39,983 nucleotides of DNA from Clostridia bacterium (GTDB lineage: Bacteria; Bacillota; Clostridia; UBA1381; UBA9506). The notes beneath the pieces were generated by a model, which searched no databases, was not told where the DNA came from, and saw only the letters and a list, made by a program, of their open reading frames with translations. Positions 39,563 to 39,983 of this stretch are shown one piece after another. Made by a program: the position numbers and the translations under genes. Positions within the stretch are counted from its first letter, which is position 1. Each line of letters opens with the position of its first letter. The DNA lies in contig JAZSOJ010000153.1 of NCBI GenBank assembly GCA_045536855.1, forward strand, positions 1-39,983, written 5' to 3'.

Positions 39563-39983
39563 ATGGCAGATAATGAAATGCTTACCGGCTATCTGGCTGG
39601 TCAGAGCGACAGCAACAACAACGGCGGCATGTTCGGCGGCGATGGCAGCTGGATCTGGGCCTTGCTGATCCTTGCCCTTCTGGGCGGCGGTTTTGGCTTT
39701 GGCGGCGGTATGTTCGGTGGCGGCATGATGGGAGGTATGGGTATGTATCCCATGATGATGATGAACGGCTTCGCCACCAGAGCCGACATCAACGAAGGTT
39801 TCCAGTTTAACGACTTGCAGAACGGCATTCGTGGTATCACCAATGGTCTGAGCGACACCACCTATGCGCTCAACAACGCCATCAATGGCGTGCAGTCTAC
39901 CCTGTGTCAGGGTTTCAACGGCGTGAACACCACTATGCTGCAGGGCTTCAACGGCATGGAGCGTGGCTTCTGCACTCTTGGTC
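39563..39983 (+). CDS. 5' part of a Gly/Met-rich membrane protein with NG-x-repeat region; runs off the window
   Basis: Not in the track because no stop is reached. MADNEMLTGY...GSWIWALLILALLGGGFGFGGGMFGGGMMGGMGMYPMMMMNGF..., then repeated GFNG/NG(I/V) motifs. RBS weak. Confidence 0.45.
   Translation, partial: MADNEMLTGYLAGQSDSNNNGGMFGGDGSWIWALLILALLGGGFGFGGGMFGGGMMGGMGMYPMMMMNGFATRADINEGFQFNDLQNGIRGITNGLSDTTYALNNAINGVQSTLCQGFNGVNTTMLQGFNGMERGFCTLG

Noticed and set aside
1-39983. Screen for CRISPR arrays, reverse transcriptase/DGR or retron elements, IS transposases, and toxin-antitoxin pairs
   Set aside because: I saw no regularly spaced 25-40-nt repeats, no RT or transposase motifs in any frame, and no template/variable repeat pair around the fibre gene. 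The RHH gene has no adjacent toxin ORF; a terminator follows it directly.

Overview
One temperate siphovirus-type prophage fills almost the whole window. It begins at a truncated tRNA-Arg(ACG) 3' fragment (1848-1903, attL-like) next to a tyrosine integrase. Reading rightward: (1) minus-strand lysogeny and accessory genes (3.1-5.5 kb); (2) a divergent CI/Cro-type switch (5.55-5.68 kb); (3) an early/replication block with a Rad52/Sak-like annealase, HNH-like nuclease, SSB, a DnaD-like initiator carrying internal iterons, a DnaB-type helicase, an N6/N4 DNA methyltransferase, RusA, a PAPS-reductase-like protein, DUF551-like, YopX-like and MazG-like proteins, and a sigma-region-4-like late activator; (4) an insulated accessory operon gated by a ribbon-helix-helix (RHH) protein (17.4-20.5 kb); (5) a phage tRNA-Gly(UCC); (6) ParB-like and GT-A glycosyltransferase-like genes translationally coupled into the packaging operon (TerS, TerL, portal, MuF/gp7); (7) head, neck and tail genes (G/G-T -1 frameshift, tape measure, Dit, Tal, BppU-type fibre); (8) lysis genes (NlpC/P60-SH3b endolysin, holin), ending near 38.8 kb. 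The partner att site or intact tRNA-Arg is not in the window, so the genes at 38.9-40.0 kb may be prophage cargo or host DNA. Positions 1-1847 are flanking DNA with unassigned Cys-rich and low-complexity proteins. Strong GGAGG-type ribosome-binding sites, the DnaD-type initiator and the holin type suggest a high-GC Bacillota (Clostridia-like) host; this is inference. I saw no rRNA, CRISPR array, transposase or reverse transcriptase. Most long minus-strand ORFs in the track are shadow ORFs of GC3-rich plus-strand genes. All family names come from motif recognition by eye; no search was run. The candidates I rank highest for new biology are the RHH-gated operon of small acidic and unknown proteins (17.4-20.5 kb), the ParB-like + glycosyltransferase-like pair fused to the terminase operon (with the methyltransferase and PAPS-reductase-like genes), and the integrase-proximal cluster of membrane or secreted proteins that share a TGTTGTCCAC cis-motif.
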